Made by a program: the position numbers and the translations under genes. Positions 1 to 8,999 of a stretch of 64,000 nucleotides of DNA are shown here, one piece after another. The stretch spans positions 32,001 through 96,000 of the IMG/VR virus record IMGVR_UViG_3300025237_000002; one strand, 5' to 3'. The stretch's first letter is position 1. Each line of letters starts with the position of its first letter. The notes under the pieces are model-generated. The model did no database searches. It was given only the letters and a program-made list of their open reading frames with translations, and was not told the origin of the DNA. The DNA is from a virus.

Positions 1-2
1 GA

Positions 3-269
3 TTTGTACATTTATTTACTTGGAGTCAATTTGTAACATTTTTAATTGGTCTTGGATGGGTAGTTTTAGGTATTGGTGGATTGGCACTTATTATAGCCTT
101 AGTTATATGGATTAATGAAAAGTACGCTTGCAACTCTTTCATAAGTAGAATTGTATTCTGGAAACACATCGGTGATTTCTTTAAAGTAATAGGAAATGGG
201 TTTTTAATTGTGTTTGATATGATTAAAAATGTATATAAGCAAAATTGTCCAATAATTCATTGGGGTTAA
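3..269 (+). CDS. membrane protein, 5'-truncated by window edge
   Basis: Frame open from base 3; hydrophobic stretch FVTFLIGLGWVVLGIGGLALIIALVIW. Confidence 0.6.
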   Translation, partial: FVHLFTWSQFVTFLIGLGWVVLGIGGLALIIALVIWINEKYACNSFISRIVFWKHIGDFFKVIGNGFLIVFDMIKNVYKQNCPIIHWG

Positions 270-270
270 G

Positions 271-1074
271 ATGATAAAGCAATTCAGAGACGAATACGCT
301 TGGTTAAGTAATATGACCCCTTGTATAATGACATACAAGGGTATTGAATATGCTACAAGTGAACATGCATACATGTCGGCAAAGTCTGATGATATGGAAT
401 GGAAATCAAGATGTGCTGACAAACAAGTACCAGCAAAGGTAATAAAACGAGAAAGTAAAGATATCATTCTAATAGATAATTGGGAACTCTTTAAGTTCTT
501 CGTAATGAGTGAGGTGATAGATATTAAATTTTCACTAGAACCCTTTAGAAGTCAATTGTTAGCTACTGGCGATGTTGGTATTGAAGAAGGTAATACCTGG
601 AATGATTTATTCTGGGGTGTTGACAATTACACTCGTAAAGGTCATAACCATTTAGGGAATATTCTAATGGAGAAAAGAGACCTATTAAACTGTGAAGAAT
701 CAAATAAAAAAACAAATATGGATATTAAAGATAAAATAGATTTTACAAAATATATGGAGTTGTCAAAACAACTAGATATTAGAGTTGGTATCATAAATGA
801 TGCTGAAAAAATACCTAAGAGTTTCGGACTTAAATTAACGGTTCAATTCGCATGTGGTGATGATAATCATGTTACCAAGACAGCGTTCACTAACTTAGGT
901 AAGACACACGAACCTGAAGACCTAATTGGTCTTCAATGTCCATTCATTGTTAACCTTGAACCAAGTGTTATCAAGGGTGTTACCAGTGAGGTAATGATTA
1001 TGGTTGGTGAAGAAATTGGTGGTGGGTTACAAGTTAATCCAAGTAATTATGTATCTGGAGCAAAATTAATGTAA
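271..1074 (+). CDS. NADAR (YbiA-like) domain fused to CsaA/Trbp111-like tRNA-binding OB domain
   Basis: N-half SEHAYMSAK, KF..LLATGD..IEEGNTWNDLFWG, G.NHLGNILM (NADAR); C-half LDIRVG.I..AEKIP..LKLTV, VNLEP..IKGVTSEVMI (tRNA_bind); possible internal ATG at 718. Confidence 0.85.
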   Translation: MIKQFRDEYAWLSNMTPCIMTYKGIEYATSEHAYMSAKSDDMEWKSRCADKQVPAKVIKRESKDIILIDNWELFKFFVMSEVIDIKFSLEPFRSQLLATGDVGIEEGNTWNDLFWGVDNYTRKGHNHLGNILMEKRDLLNCEESNKKTNMDIKDKIDFTKYMELSKQLDIRVGIINDAEKIPKSFGLKLTVQFACGDDNHVTKTAFTNLGKTHEPEDLIGLQCPFIVNLEPSVIKGVTSEVMIMVGEEIGGGLQVNPSNYVSGAKLM

Positions 1075-1322
1075 TGTTAGAAGAAATTTTAGAAACATAT
1101 GAAGATGAAGAATTATTGATTGCCGATGGTTTTGATGATGCGGTTATTGGTATAGCAACGGACTTCACAGAACCAAGACTAATCTATTCAGTAAACAAAT
1201 GTATTGAAATCTTAATGAGTGATGGTACAACTAGTTATGAAGATGCTATGGACTATTTCACGTTCAATACATCTGGTGCTTGGGTTGGAGATAAAACACC
1301 AATTTGGTGTTGGGATATTTAA
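1074..1322 (+). CDS. conserved phage hypothetical protein
   Basis: ADGFDDAVIG...YF.FN..GAWVG..TPI; overlaps upstream stop. Confidence 0.75.
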   Translation: MLEEILETYEDEELLIADGFDDAVIGIATDFTEPRLIYSVNKCIEILMSDGTTSYEDAMDYFTFNTSGAWVGDKTPIWCWDI

Positions 1323-1333
1323 AATAAAGTAAT

Positions 1334-1732
1334 ATGAAAATTTGGATAACATTTAATACTGTATGGAGTTTACAATCTGGTGGGTTGGAGCGGTGTCGGG
1401 TATGGTGGCAAAAACCACAATACGTTTTTATTGATAGAGAGTTCGACTACGATTCACTACCATTTGGTAGCCCTGGTGCGGCAGACCAAACGCAAGGATT
1501 AACTAGGTTGGGTTGGAGATGTTCACAAACCAATGGTAATGAGACAGGTAGTGTAAGTTTAGGTAAGATTTTCGATTATAAGGGTGATATTTGTGAATTG
1601 GTATGGGATAAGCTATGTGAATTCTTTCAAAGCACCGACCTAAGACAATGGGATAAACAAGAAGAAGAATTACAACTAAACTCTAAAGATTTCTTATTAG
1701 AATTAGATGTTGATTTCACTTTAAGTAAATAA
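1334..1732 (+). CDS. hypothetical protein
   Basis: 132 aa ORF in operon, A-rich leader. Confidence 0.7.
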   Translation: MKIWITFNTVWSLQSGGLERCRVWWQKPQYVFIDREFDYDSLPFGSPGAADQTQGLTRLGWRCSQTNGNETGSVSLGKIFDYKGDICELVWDKLCEFFQSTDLRQWDKQEEELQLNSKDFLLELDVDFTLSK

Positions 1733-1788
1733 ACCTTGTTTTTATCAATTATTATGTGTATATTTGTAGTATCTTAAAAAAGAATATT

Positions 1789-2400
1789 ATGATAATACAA
1801 TTAGTAGATAGAAATGAAGGTATGGTTGATGCTTGGACAAGTGAATTTTTTGATTGTAAAGATGTTATCATCTATCACGATGATTTCTTCGCTCCACAAA
1901 CAGACTGCATCGTATCACCAGCAAATTCATTCGGATTTATGGATGGTGGTTTAGATGGTGTAATTACCAAACACTTAGGACCTAACATTCAATTTAATGT
2001 TCAATCTAGAATTGCGAAAACAACAATGAAAGAATTGTTGGTCGGTGAAGCGATGTTAGTTGAAACTGGGAATGATGAGATTCCATGGTGCATTTCAGCA
2101 CCAACAATGAGACTACCAGCAACGAAACTAACGAATACACCAAATGTTTATTTAGCCGCTAAAGCAATTTTTGGTGTATTAAAAAATCTAGAAAATACGT
2201 TTCAAACCATGATTAAAACTGTTACAATTAGTGGATTAGGTACGGGAGTTGGACAAGTACCTTTTGAAATTTGTGCTCAACAAATGAAGTTGGCATATGA
2301 TGAAGTATGGTTAGGTAAAGGTACGTCACCAAAAACTTGGTATGAAGCGTTTGATACACAACAATTACTATACAGTGATATAAATAAAGCAAGAAAATAA
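1789..2400 (+). CDS. macrodomain protein (ADP-ribose / Appr-1-p processing)
   Basis: IVSPANSFGFMDGGLD, ISAPTM, GLGTGVG; start moved to ATG 1789 downstream of promoter at 1759. Confidence 0.9.
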   Translation: MIIQLVDRNEGMVDAWTSEFFDCKDVIIYHDDFFAPQTDCIVSPANSFGFMDGGLDGVITKHLGPNIQFNVQSRIAKTTMKELLVGEAMLVETGNDEIPWCISAPTMRLPATKLTNTPNVYLAAKAIFGVLKNLENTFQTMIKTVTISGLGTGVGQVPFEICAQQMKLAYDEVWLGKGTSPKTWYEAFDTQQLLYSDINKARK

Positions 2401-2402
2401 TA

Positions 2403-2684
2403 ATGAACCCACAAGAAATTATAGAAAACGATAGAATGTTAAGTGCCATATTAAAAGGTTTAACCGATATGTGGCATTTCCAAGAAGAATTCCTAGCTCT
2501 GATAGTGTTTATCACTAGAGACTTTGATATAGCAAATAATACTGTTGAATACTTTGCTGATGAAGATATAGGTTTAGAAGAAGCATTGTTCCAATCAATG
2601 GATTTAGATGATTTTAAATCTATTTGTTTAAACAGTGAATACTTAGATAACGACAAATGTAAAGAATTAGTAGATGAGTGTTAA
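2403..2684 (+). CDS. hypothetical protein
   Basis: 93 aa acidic ORF, tightly packed. Confidence 0.65.
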   Translation: MNPQEIIENDRMLSAILKGLTDMWHFQEEFLALIVFITRDFDIANNTVEYFADEDIGLEEALFQSMDLDDFKSICLNSEYLDNDKCKELVDEC

Positions 2685-3213
2685 GAATAACAGTAGATTT
2701 TTGAGTTTGGTTTTGAGACATAAACCTGAAACCATCGGTCTTAAATTAGATAAGAACGGTTGGGTTGATGTTGATGTGTTGTTAACTCAATTAAAAGAAC
2801 ATGACCGTGAAATGACGATGTTAGAATTAACTGAGGTTGTCACCACCAATGATAAGAAGCGTTTCGAGTTTAACGATGAAATGACCATGATTAGAGCGGC
2901 ACAAGGACATAGCGTGAAGGTTGATTTACAACTGAAAACAAAACGTCCACCAATGGAGTTATTTCATGGTACAGTGCCTAGATTCCTACCTGACATTAGG
3001 AAAGGTGGTCTAAAGAAAATGAAACGTCATGCGGTACATCTAAGTGACGATATCAAGACTGCTGAAAAAGTTGGCTCACGTAGAGGTAAAGAAATTATAT
3101 TAACTATTGAAACAGGTGCTATGTATGCGGATGGATTTAAATTCACCCAATCAAAGAACGGTGTTTGGTTAGTAGACAATGTACCAAGTAAGTACATCAA
3201 AATCAAAGAGTAA
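2674..3213 (+). CDS. kptA: RNA 2'-phosphotransferase (Tpt1/KptA)
   Basis: LSLVLRHKPE, NDKKRF, IRAAQGHS, HGT, RHAVHLS, NGVWL. Confidence 0.95.
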   Translation: MSVKNNSRFLSLVLRHKPETIGLKLDKNGWVDVDVLLTQLKEHDREMTMLELTEVVTTNDKKRFEFNDEMTMIRAAQGHSVKVDLQLKTKRPPMELFHGTVPRFLPDIRKGGLKKMKRHAVHLSDDIKTAEKVGSRRGKEIILTIETGAMYADGFKFTQSKNGVWLVDNVPSKYIKIKE

Positions 3214-3372
3214 TGAGTTTTAAACAACAACTCATAAACTTAGAAAAAGAATACCCTATTAAAAATAGGGAATATTGGGTTAAATATGGTAAATTGCAAG
3301 AAGAATTAACAACAAGGCTTAAGGAAATTGACCCAACAATATTCCCAGACAAATTATTTTAAATTAAATAGA

Positions 3373-3663
3373 ATGAAAAATAATAAATTAGATTTTGTTA
3401 ACGCACAAGAAATGATGGAACAAAATCCAAATACTTTTGAGGCACCAACATTAGATGAATTAAATAATATTCAACTTAATGATTTTGTAAAAGTGAGTAT
3501 TGGTGGTGAAAGATTTTGGGTATGTGTTGGAAAACTTATAACAGATGAAATAATTGAAGGAGTTGTTAATAATGATTTACTTTGTACAGATGTTCATGGG
3601 ATTGAATGTGATGACAAAATCATATTCAATAAGTCCAACATTTTTTCAATTTATGAAGAATAA
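3373..3663 (+). CDS. hypothetical protein, DUF2314-like
   Basis: VKV..GERFWV.V.....GVVNND pattern. Confidence 0.55.
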   Translation: MKNNKLDFVNAQEMMEQNPNTFEAPTLDELNNIQLNDFVKVSIGGERFWVCVGKLITDEIIEGVVNNDLLCTDVHGIECDDKIIFNKSNIFSIYEE

Positions 3664-3678
3664 CAAACAGATAAATAA

Positions 3679-4461
3679 ATGAAAAAAGATGATTTAGGGG
3701 ATAGAATGAAAGGTTATGAAGCCGTTACTAAGTACAAGTTGCTTAGAAGAGGTTATACTATGATTAGAATTGATGGTAAGGCTTTTCACACCTATACAAA
3801 AGGTCTTATACGTCCATTTGATATGGGGTTGGTTGAAGATATGGATGCTACTGCTAAGTATCTTTGTAAAGAGATTCAAGGTGCTGTATGTGCATTCGTT
3901 CAATCTGATGAGATTAGTATTTTGTTATGTGATTTTGAAAATAGAAATACAAGCGCATGGTATGATAATTCATTACAAAAAATGTGTAGTGTTTCAGCAT
4001 CATTGGCAACAGCTAAATTTAATCAATTAAGAACTTCAAGAGTTATAAGTGCTGGAAAAATACTAACTGAATTTGATAATATTGTATTAGCTATATTTGA
4101 TTCAAGAGTTTACCAATTACCAGCAAAGTATGAGGTTGAAAACTATATGATTTGGAGGCAACAAGATACTGTTAAGAATAGTATTTCTAGTGTTGCACAA
4201 TCAATGTTTTCACACAAAGAATTGAATGGTAAGAATGGAAACCAGAAGCAAGAAATGATGTTTCAAAAAGATGGTACGAATTGGGATGGTTTTGACCCTA
4301 AGTTAAAGAGGGGTAGAATGATTACAAAAGAGATATATGAGAAGGAACCTGACGTTATTAGAACTAGGTATGTGAGTAACGCACCACCAACATTTACACA
4401 AGATAAGGATTATTTAAATGAATTAATCCCAGATAGAGAAATTAGTAGATTATTAGTATGA
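3679..4461 (+). CDS. tRNA(His) guanylyltransferase Thg1-like (3'-5' polymerase)
   Basis: RIDGKAFHTYT, QSDEISI, FDSR, WRQQD..KNSI. Confidence 0.93.
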   Translation: MKKDDLGDRMKGYEAVTKYKLLRRGYTMIRIDGKAFHTYTKGLIRPFDMGLVEDMDATAKYLCKEIQGAVCAFVQSDEISILLCDFENRNTSAWYDNSLQKMCSVSASLATAKFNQLRTSRVISAGKILTEFDNIVLAIFDSRVYQLPAKYEVENYMIWRQQDTVKNSISSVAQSMFSHKELNGKNGNQKQEMMFQKDGTNWDGFDPKLKRGRMITKEIYEKEPDVIRTRYVSNAPPTFTQDKDYLNELIPDREISRLLV

Positions 4462-5243
4462 GAACATTAGTTATAGGTGATATTCATGGAGCTGGCTTAG
4501 CACTTAAACAAGTGTTAGAGCGTTGCGAATTCGACTATGAAAAGGATTTATTGATAACCATTGGTGATATTGTTGATGGTTGGGAAGATTCATTTATGTG
4601 CGTTGAAGAATTACTTAAGATACCAAATAGAATTGATATTATAGGTAATCACGATAATTGGTTTAGGTCATTTATTGACTCAGGAGTTCACGATACGAAT
4701 TGGGGTAACGGTGGTTTATCTACCGCAAAGTCTTACGCAAAGGCTGCTGGTATTGAGTTGTTAGTTCAAAAGCAAACAAATGAATACTTTGAACCAAGTG
4801 ATAAGTTTACTTTGAATTTGAATTCTGGTGATATTCCTGATTCTCATAAGAGTTTCTTTAGAGGTCAACACAAGTACTATAAGGATAATGATAACAATCT
4901 ATTCATCCATGGTGGTTTTGCTCGTAGTTACCCATTAAGAGAGCAAATGGATTATACTTTTATGTGGGATAGACATTTAATCACTCAAGCAATGTCAGCT
5001 AAATCAACTGGTACAAAATTAACATTTGTTGAAGAGTTCAATCAAATATATTTAGGTCATACCGCAACATTAAATTGGAAGACCGATAAACCAATTTATG
5101 CTGATAAGATTTGGAATGTAGATACTGGTGCTGGTGGTGGTGGTAAATTGACGATAATGGATATTGATACCAATAAATATTGGCAATCAGATAACGTACC
5201 TAGTCTGTATCCAGACGATGAACATAATTTAAGAAATAAATAA
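4458..5243 (+). CDS. calcineurin-like metallophosphoesterase (Ser/Thr phosphatase family)
   Basis: GDIHG, GDIVD, GNHD, HGG, GHT, DTGAG. Confidence 0.9.
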   Translation: MRTLVIGDIHGAGLALKQVLERCEFDYEKDLLITIGDIVDGWEDSFMCVEELLKIPNRIDIIGNHDNWFRSFIDSGVHDTNWGNGGLSTAKSYAKAAGIELLVQKQTNEYFEPSDKFTLNLNSGDIPDSHKSFFRGQHKYYKDNDNNLFIHGGFARSYPLREQMDYTFMWDRHLITQAMSAKSTGTKLTFVEEFNQIYLGHTATLNWKTDKPIYADKIWNVDTGAGGGGKLTIMDIDTNKYWQSDNVPSLYPDDEHNLRNK

Positions 5244-5251
5244 AAAACAAT

Positions 5252-6343
5252 ATGAGTAAAGAAAAAGAATTCCTTAAGGATTATATTAAAACCCCATCAC
5301 CGAGTGGGTATGAAATGCAATTAGGTGGACAAAAGGTGTGGATTGATTATGTATCACAATATGCTAATAGGGTCGAGGTTGATAACTATGGAAATGCTTA
5401 TGCTTATTACGGAAGTAGAATTGTTGAAGATGGTGTTGTTACTAAAAAAAGAAAACCCCACACCGTATTGCTAGACGCACATGCTGACGAAATTGGATTT
5501 TTTGTATTTGATATTACGTCTAAAGGGTTCCTTAAAATCGGTTGTCTAGGTGGAAGTGATATTACAATAGCACCATCATCTAGAGTGAATATATGGACTA
5601 AAAACGGTCCAGTTAAAGGTGTTTTTGGACACCCAGCTATTCATGTACATGGACGTAAATTTGAGGCTAAAAAAGAAGATATGTTTGTTGATATCGGAGT
5701 GTCATCTAAGAAAAAAGTGAGTAAATTAGGTATTGTAGTTGGTGACCCAATCACAATGGTTGACGGTTATATGGAATTAGGTGATTATCACTGTGGTAGA
5801 GCGTTAGATGACAAAATAGGTGGTTATATAACTTCTCAAGTATTACGAAGTTTAAGTGAGAATGAGATAGAATTGTCTTTTGAATTGGTTATCGTTAATG
5901 CAGTTCAAGAAGAAGTTGGATTATATGGTGCTAAAATGGCAGCGCAAAGGGTTAAACCTGACGTTGCAATCGCAATTGATGTTACGCATGACACAACAAG
6001 TCCATGTTATAACCCAAATAAACAAGGTTCTTTAACTGCTGGTAATGGTATTGTTATAATGACAGCACCATCATTACATAAAAAAGTTGTGGAATTATTG
6101 GTTGATACAGCGATTGAGAATAAAATTAAGTATCAAAGAATCGCAAGTGGTGGTTCATCAGGTACAAATGCAGACGCTTATGCATATCCACATGGAATCC
6201 CAACAGCGTTGCTTAAAATGGCAATGAGATATATGCATACAACTGTAGAGACAGTTCATAAAAAAGATGTTAAATCTGCTATTGAATTGCTATATAAGGT
6301 GTTACAAACACCAGAAATAACTGAATCATTTAAGTATGATTAG
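5252..6343 (+). CDS. M42 family aminopeptidase
   Basis: PSPSGYE, DAHADEIG, LDDKIG, QEEVGL, DVTH, RYMHT. Confidence 0.92.
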   Translation: MSKEKEFLKDYIKTPSPSGYEMQLGGQKVWIDYVSQYANRVEVDNYGNAYAYYGSRIVEDGVVTKKRKPHTVLLDAHADEIGFFVFDITSKGFLKIGCLGGSDITIAPSSRVNIWTKNGPVKGVFGHPAIHVHGRKFEAKKEDMFVDIGVSSKKKVSKLGIVVGDPITMVDGYMELGDYHCGRALDDKIGGYITSQVLRSLSENEIELSFELVIVNAVQEEVGLYGAKMAAQRVKPDVAIAIDVTHDTTSPCYNPNKQGSLTAGNGIVIMTAPSLHKKVVELLVDTAIENKIKYQRIASGGSSGTNADAYAYPHGIPTALLKMAMRYMHTTVETVHKKDVKSAIELLYKVLQTPEITESFKYD

Positions 6344-6390
6344 TTAAATTACCGTCTGTAAGTGGGACCTTAGACACCCACAAAATTATT

Positions 6391-6972
6391 ATGAATAACA
6401 AAGAAATAATTAAAGAAGAATTAAGAAAAAAATTATTATTAGAGAAAAAAGGAGATTCACATAGCTACGGGTGTGTGATGTTATTTTTTGATATTGGAAA
6501 AGGTAACTGGAAAAAGATTCAATCATTGATTGATGATGATGACATTTACACTGAGGAAGGTGACCAAAGTTATGGGAGAGAGAATGAACCTCACGTAACC
6601 ATTTTATATGGTTTACATGATGATATTGAAGACTCTACAATTGAAGCTTTGATTGATGAAATTAAACCGACTAAATTGACGCTTAAGAAAATCTCATTAT
6701 TTGAGAACGATAAGTTTGATGTGGTTAAATTTGATGTAATTGGAGTGAGTGAAGGTAGATTAGGTAAAATGAATGCTAAGTTCGCTGAATTACCTCATAC
6801 AACTGACTTCCCAGACTATCACCCACATGCAACTATTGCATATGTTAAAGCTGGAACAGGTAAGAAATACATTCAAACCCTATCAAGCGAAGACGCAATT
6901 ACTGTTGAATGTAATGACGTGGTATATAGCAAAGCTGATGATACTAAAAACAAATATAAATTGAAGAAATGA
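6391..6972 (+). CDS. 2H phosphoesterase, Acb1/T4 gp57B-like
   Basis: YGCVML, EPHVTILYG and YHPHATIAY (two HxT motifs). Confidence 0.85.
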   Translation: MNNKEIIKEELRKKLLLEKKGDSHSYGCVMLFFDIGKGNWKKIQSLIDDDDIYTEEGDQSYGRENEPHVTILYGLHDDIEDSTIEALIDEIKPTKLTLKKISLFENDKFDVVKFDVIGVSEGRLGKMNAKFAELPHTTDFPDYHPHATIAYVKAGTGKKYIQTLSSEDAITVECNDVVYSKADDTKNKYKLKK

Positions 6973-7151
6973 GAGGAAACAAGAGAGTAAGCTATGGTTC
7001 AAATAGGGATGAATATGTGATAATTGAATCATTATCAGATGAAATAAGATTTGCGCAATGTATGAAATTATACAAATCGTTTGGTACCATTGACAAGTTG
7101 GAGGACTCATTAAAGAAAAAGACGTTAAATAAGATAAAACAAACTTTCTAA
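6969..7151 (+). CDS. hypothetical protein
   Basis: ATGA overlap with upstream gene. Confidence 0.55.
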   Translation: MRGNKRVSYGSNRDEYVIIESLSDEIRFAQCMKLYKSFGTIDKLEDSLKKKTLNKIKQTF

Positions 7152-7504
7152 TGAGACTAGACTATAAGAAGTTAAATAAAGAATTCCCTAAAGCAACTAT
7201 TTTGTTAGGGGCTTTGATTAATACACCAAATAAGTTAATAAAATTCTTTGACTCAAATGGTGTTAGGGTTTATTTAGGTTACGGAGCCAGTGGTGGAACT
7301 AGTGTTGAAGTTTATCGTAAGAGAACTTCTAAGGAGTTTAAAAAACTAAATCCAAATTCTAACTTAGACGTGAACTGGCAAATGACCAGAGTTGGAATCA
7401 TTAATAGCTTTAGAACTAGAGATGAAGCCTATAAAGTTGGGTTTGAGGAAGCATTCAAACAATTAGAATATTTAATAAATAATAAAGATGAAAACACAAA
7501 TTAA
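7151..7504 (+). CDS. hypothetical protein
   Basis: 117 aa, translationally coupled. Confidence 0.65.
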   Translation: MRLDYKKLNKEFPKATILLGALINTPNKLIKFFDSNGVRVYLGYGASGGTSVEVYRKRTSKEFKKLNPNSNLDVNWQMTRVGIINSFRTRDEAYKVGFEEAFKQLEYLINNKDENTN

Positions 7505-7892
7505 AAACGACATGGTACAAGCCATGAAAGATAAGAATGTTGTCGCTAGAGACATTCTTAGAGTGCTTATGGGTGAAATCCAAAGGGACGAAAATACCAT
7601 TAAAGGTGGTAAAGTTGAAGTAACTGATGAAGCCATTCAAAAGATGGTTAAGAAGTTAATTGAAAGTGTTAAAGAATCTGGTGATAATGGTGAAATTGAA
7701 TTGTTAGAAGGGTATTTACCTCAACAATTAACAAACGATGAGATGATAGGTCACGCTAGAGTGTTCATCGAATCAAATAATCTTAGCTCTCCAAAAGAAA
7801 TGGGACGAGTTATGGGCTACTTTAGTCAAGCATTTGCGGGAACGTATGATGGTAAGGCTTTAAGTGGTATTGTTAAAAATTTATTGACATGA
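7488..7892 (+). CDS. GatB/YqeY domain protein
   Basis: IKNDMVQAMKDK, E...LEGYLPQQL, KEMGRVMG, DGKALS..VK. Confidence 0.9.
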   Translation: MKTQIKNDMVQAMKDKNVVARDILRVLMGEIQRDENTIKGGKVEVTDEAIQKMVKKLIESVKESGDNGEIELLEGYLPQQLTNDEMIGHARVFIESNNLSSPKEMGRVMGYFSQAFAGTYDGKALSGIVKNLLT

Positions 7893-8302
7893 TAGAACTA
7901 TTAATAGTAATGTACATTATATTTGGTCATTTTATTGCTGATTTTGTTATGCAATCTCGTGAAATGGCTGTCAATAAAAGCTCTAGCACCTATTGGTTGA
8001 CTAGACATATCTTAGCATACGGTAAAACGATGCTCTTTATTGGTTTTATCTTTGTGTTAGTTATGTTCATATTTGGCACAAATTTATTTCATTTAATACC
8101 ATTGATAATAGGATATGTTTTATTGAATATGGGGTTACATTGGGTGACTGATTATTTTACTAGTAAAGAAACTACTAGATTATACTTAAAAGAAAGTAAA
8201 AAAATAGAACCTAATTATCATAATTTTTTTGTTATGATAGGGTTTGACCAATTAATTCATCTGCTCTGTTTAATAGGGACATACGGGTTATTTTATATAT
8301 AA
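7889..8302 (+). CDS. DUF3307-like membrane protein
   Basis: HFIADFVMQ, HWVTD, GFDQLIH; hydrophobic. Confidence 0.8.
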   Translation: MIELLIVMYIIFGHFIADFVMQSREMAVNKSSSTYWLTRHILAYGKTMLFIGFIFVLVMFIFGTNLFHLIPLIIGYVLLNMGLHWVTDYFTSKETTRLYLKESKKIEPNYHNFFVMIGFDQLIHLLCLIGTYGLFYI

Positions 8303-8449
8303 ATATGCAAGTCGTAAACTGAAAAAGGGTTAACAGTAGGTCTTGATACAACCCAGTAACCTTGCGGGGCACATATCCCCAATACACCAAGCCTTTAATA
8401 TGTGTGGTAGGTGAGAAAGCTGTTAGGTATCAGGCTTGTATATTTTTTT
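8303..8449 (+). ncRNA. candidate structured RNA (multibranch, kissing loop/pseudoknot)
   Basis: 8303-8313 pairs with 8433-8443; 8331-8337 with 8419-8425; loop CACATAT complementary to ATATGTG; followed by T-run. Confidence 0.5.
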
Positions 8450-8458
8450 ATAAAAATA

Positions 8459-8490
8459 TTAGGTTATATCAATTATATTAAGTATCTTTG
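8459..8490 (+). promoter_or_regulatory. Bacteroidetes-type sigma70 promoter
   Basis: TTAG-N20-TATCTTTG upstream of the operon containing NadM-Nudix. Confidence 0.75.
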
Positions 8491-8518
8491 CATAGTAATA
8501 ATCAAAAAATAGAAAATT

Positions 8519-8881
8519 ATGTTTTTAGAAATCACTTTTATAATATTCCTTATTATCGGCATCTTTTTAATTGCTACATCTGATTATGAATCACTTGGTG
8601 GATGGGTTTTAATAAGTATTTCGGTATTTGTCGTATTTTTTAATACGATTGAACTTTCAACATCTGAGTATGATTATGAAGTTTTAGTTGCAGAACGAGA
8701 TTCTTATCAATTATCACTAGATGGATTGAGGGCAATAGGTCAAGATTTTGAGACCTTAGCTATAGGTCAGGACATCGTTGATTTTAATAAACTTATCGCA
8801 GTTGAGAAGGTTCAAAATAAATCATGGTTTTATGATATATATATTGACGATAGAATTGACTCTTTACAACCTATAAAATAA
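8519..8881 (+). CDS. membrane protein
   Basis: two N-terminal hydrophobic segments. Confidence 0.7.
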   Translation: MFLEITFIIFLIIGIFLIATSDYESLGGWVLISISVFVVFFNTIELSTSEYDYEVLVAERDSYQLSLDGLRAIGQDFETLAIGQDIVDFNKLIAVEKVQNKSWFYDIYIDDRIDSLQPIK

Positions 8882-8999
8882 TGGGAAAAGAAGCCAACAA
8901 CTCAGAGTGCTATTATGCAAAACATCTAAAGAGAATTATATCTGTTATTGAAAACAAAGATTTATTCAAAAATATTAATCAATTTAATCACGAGTAATT

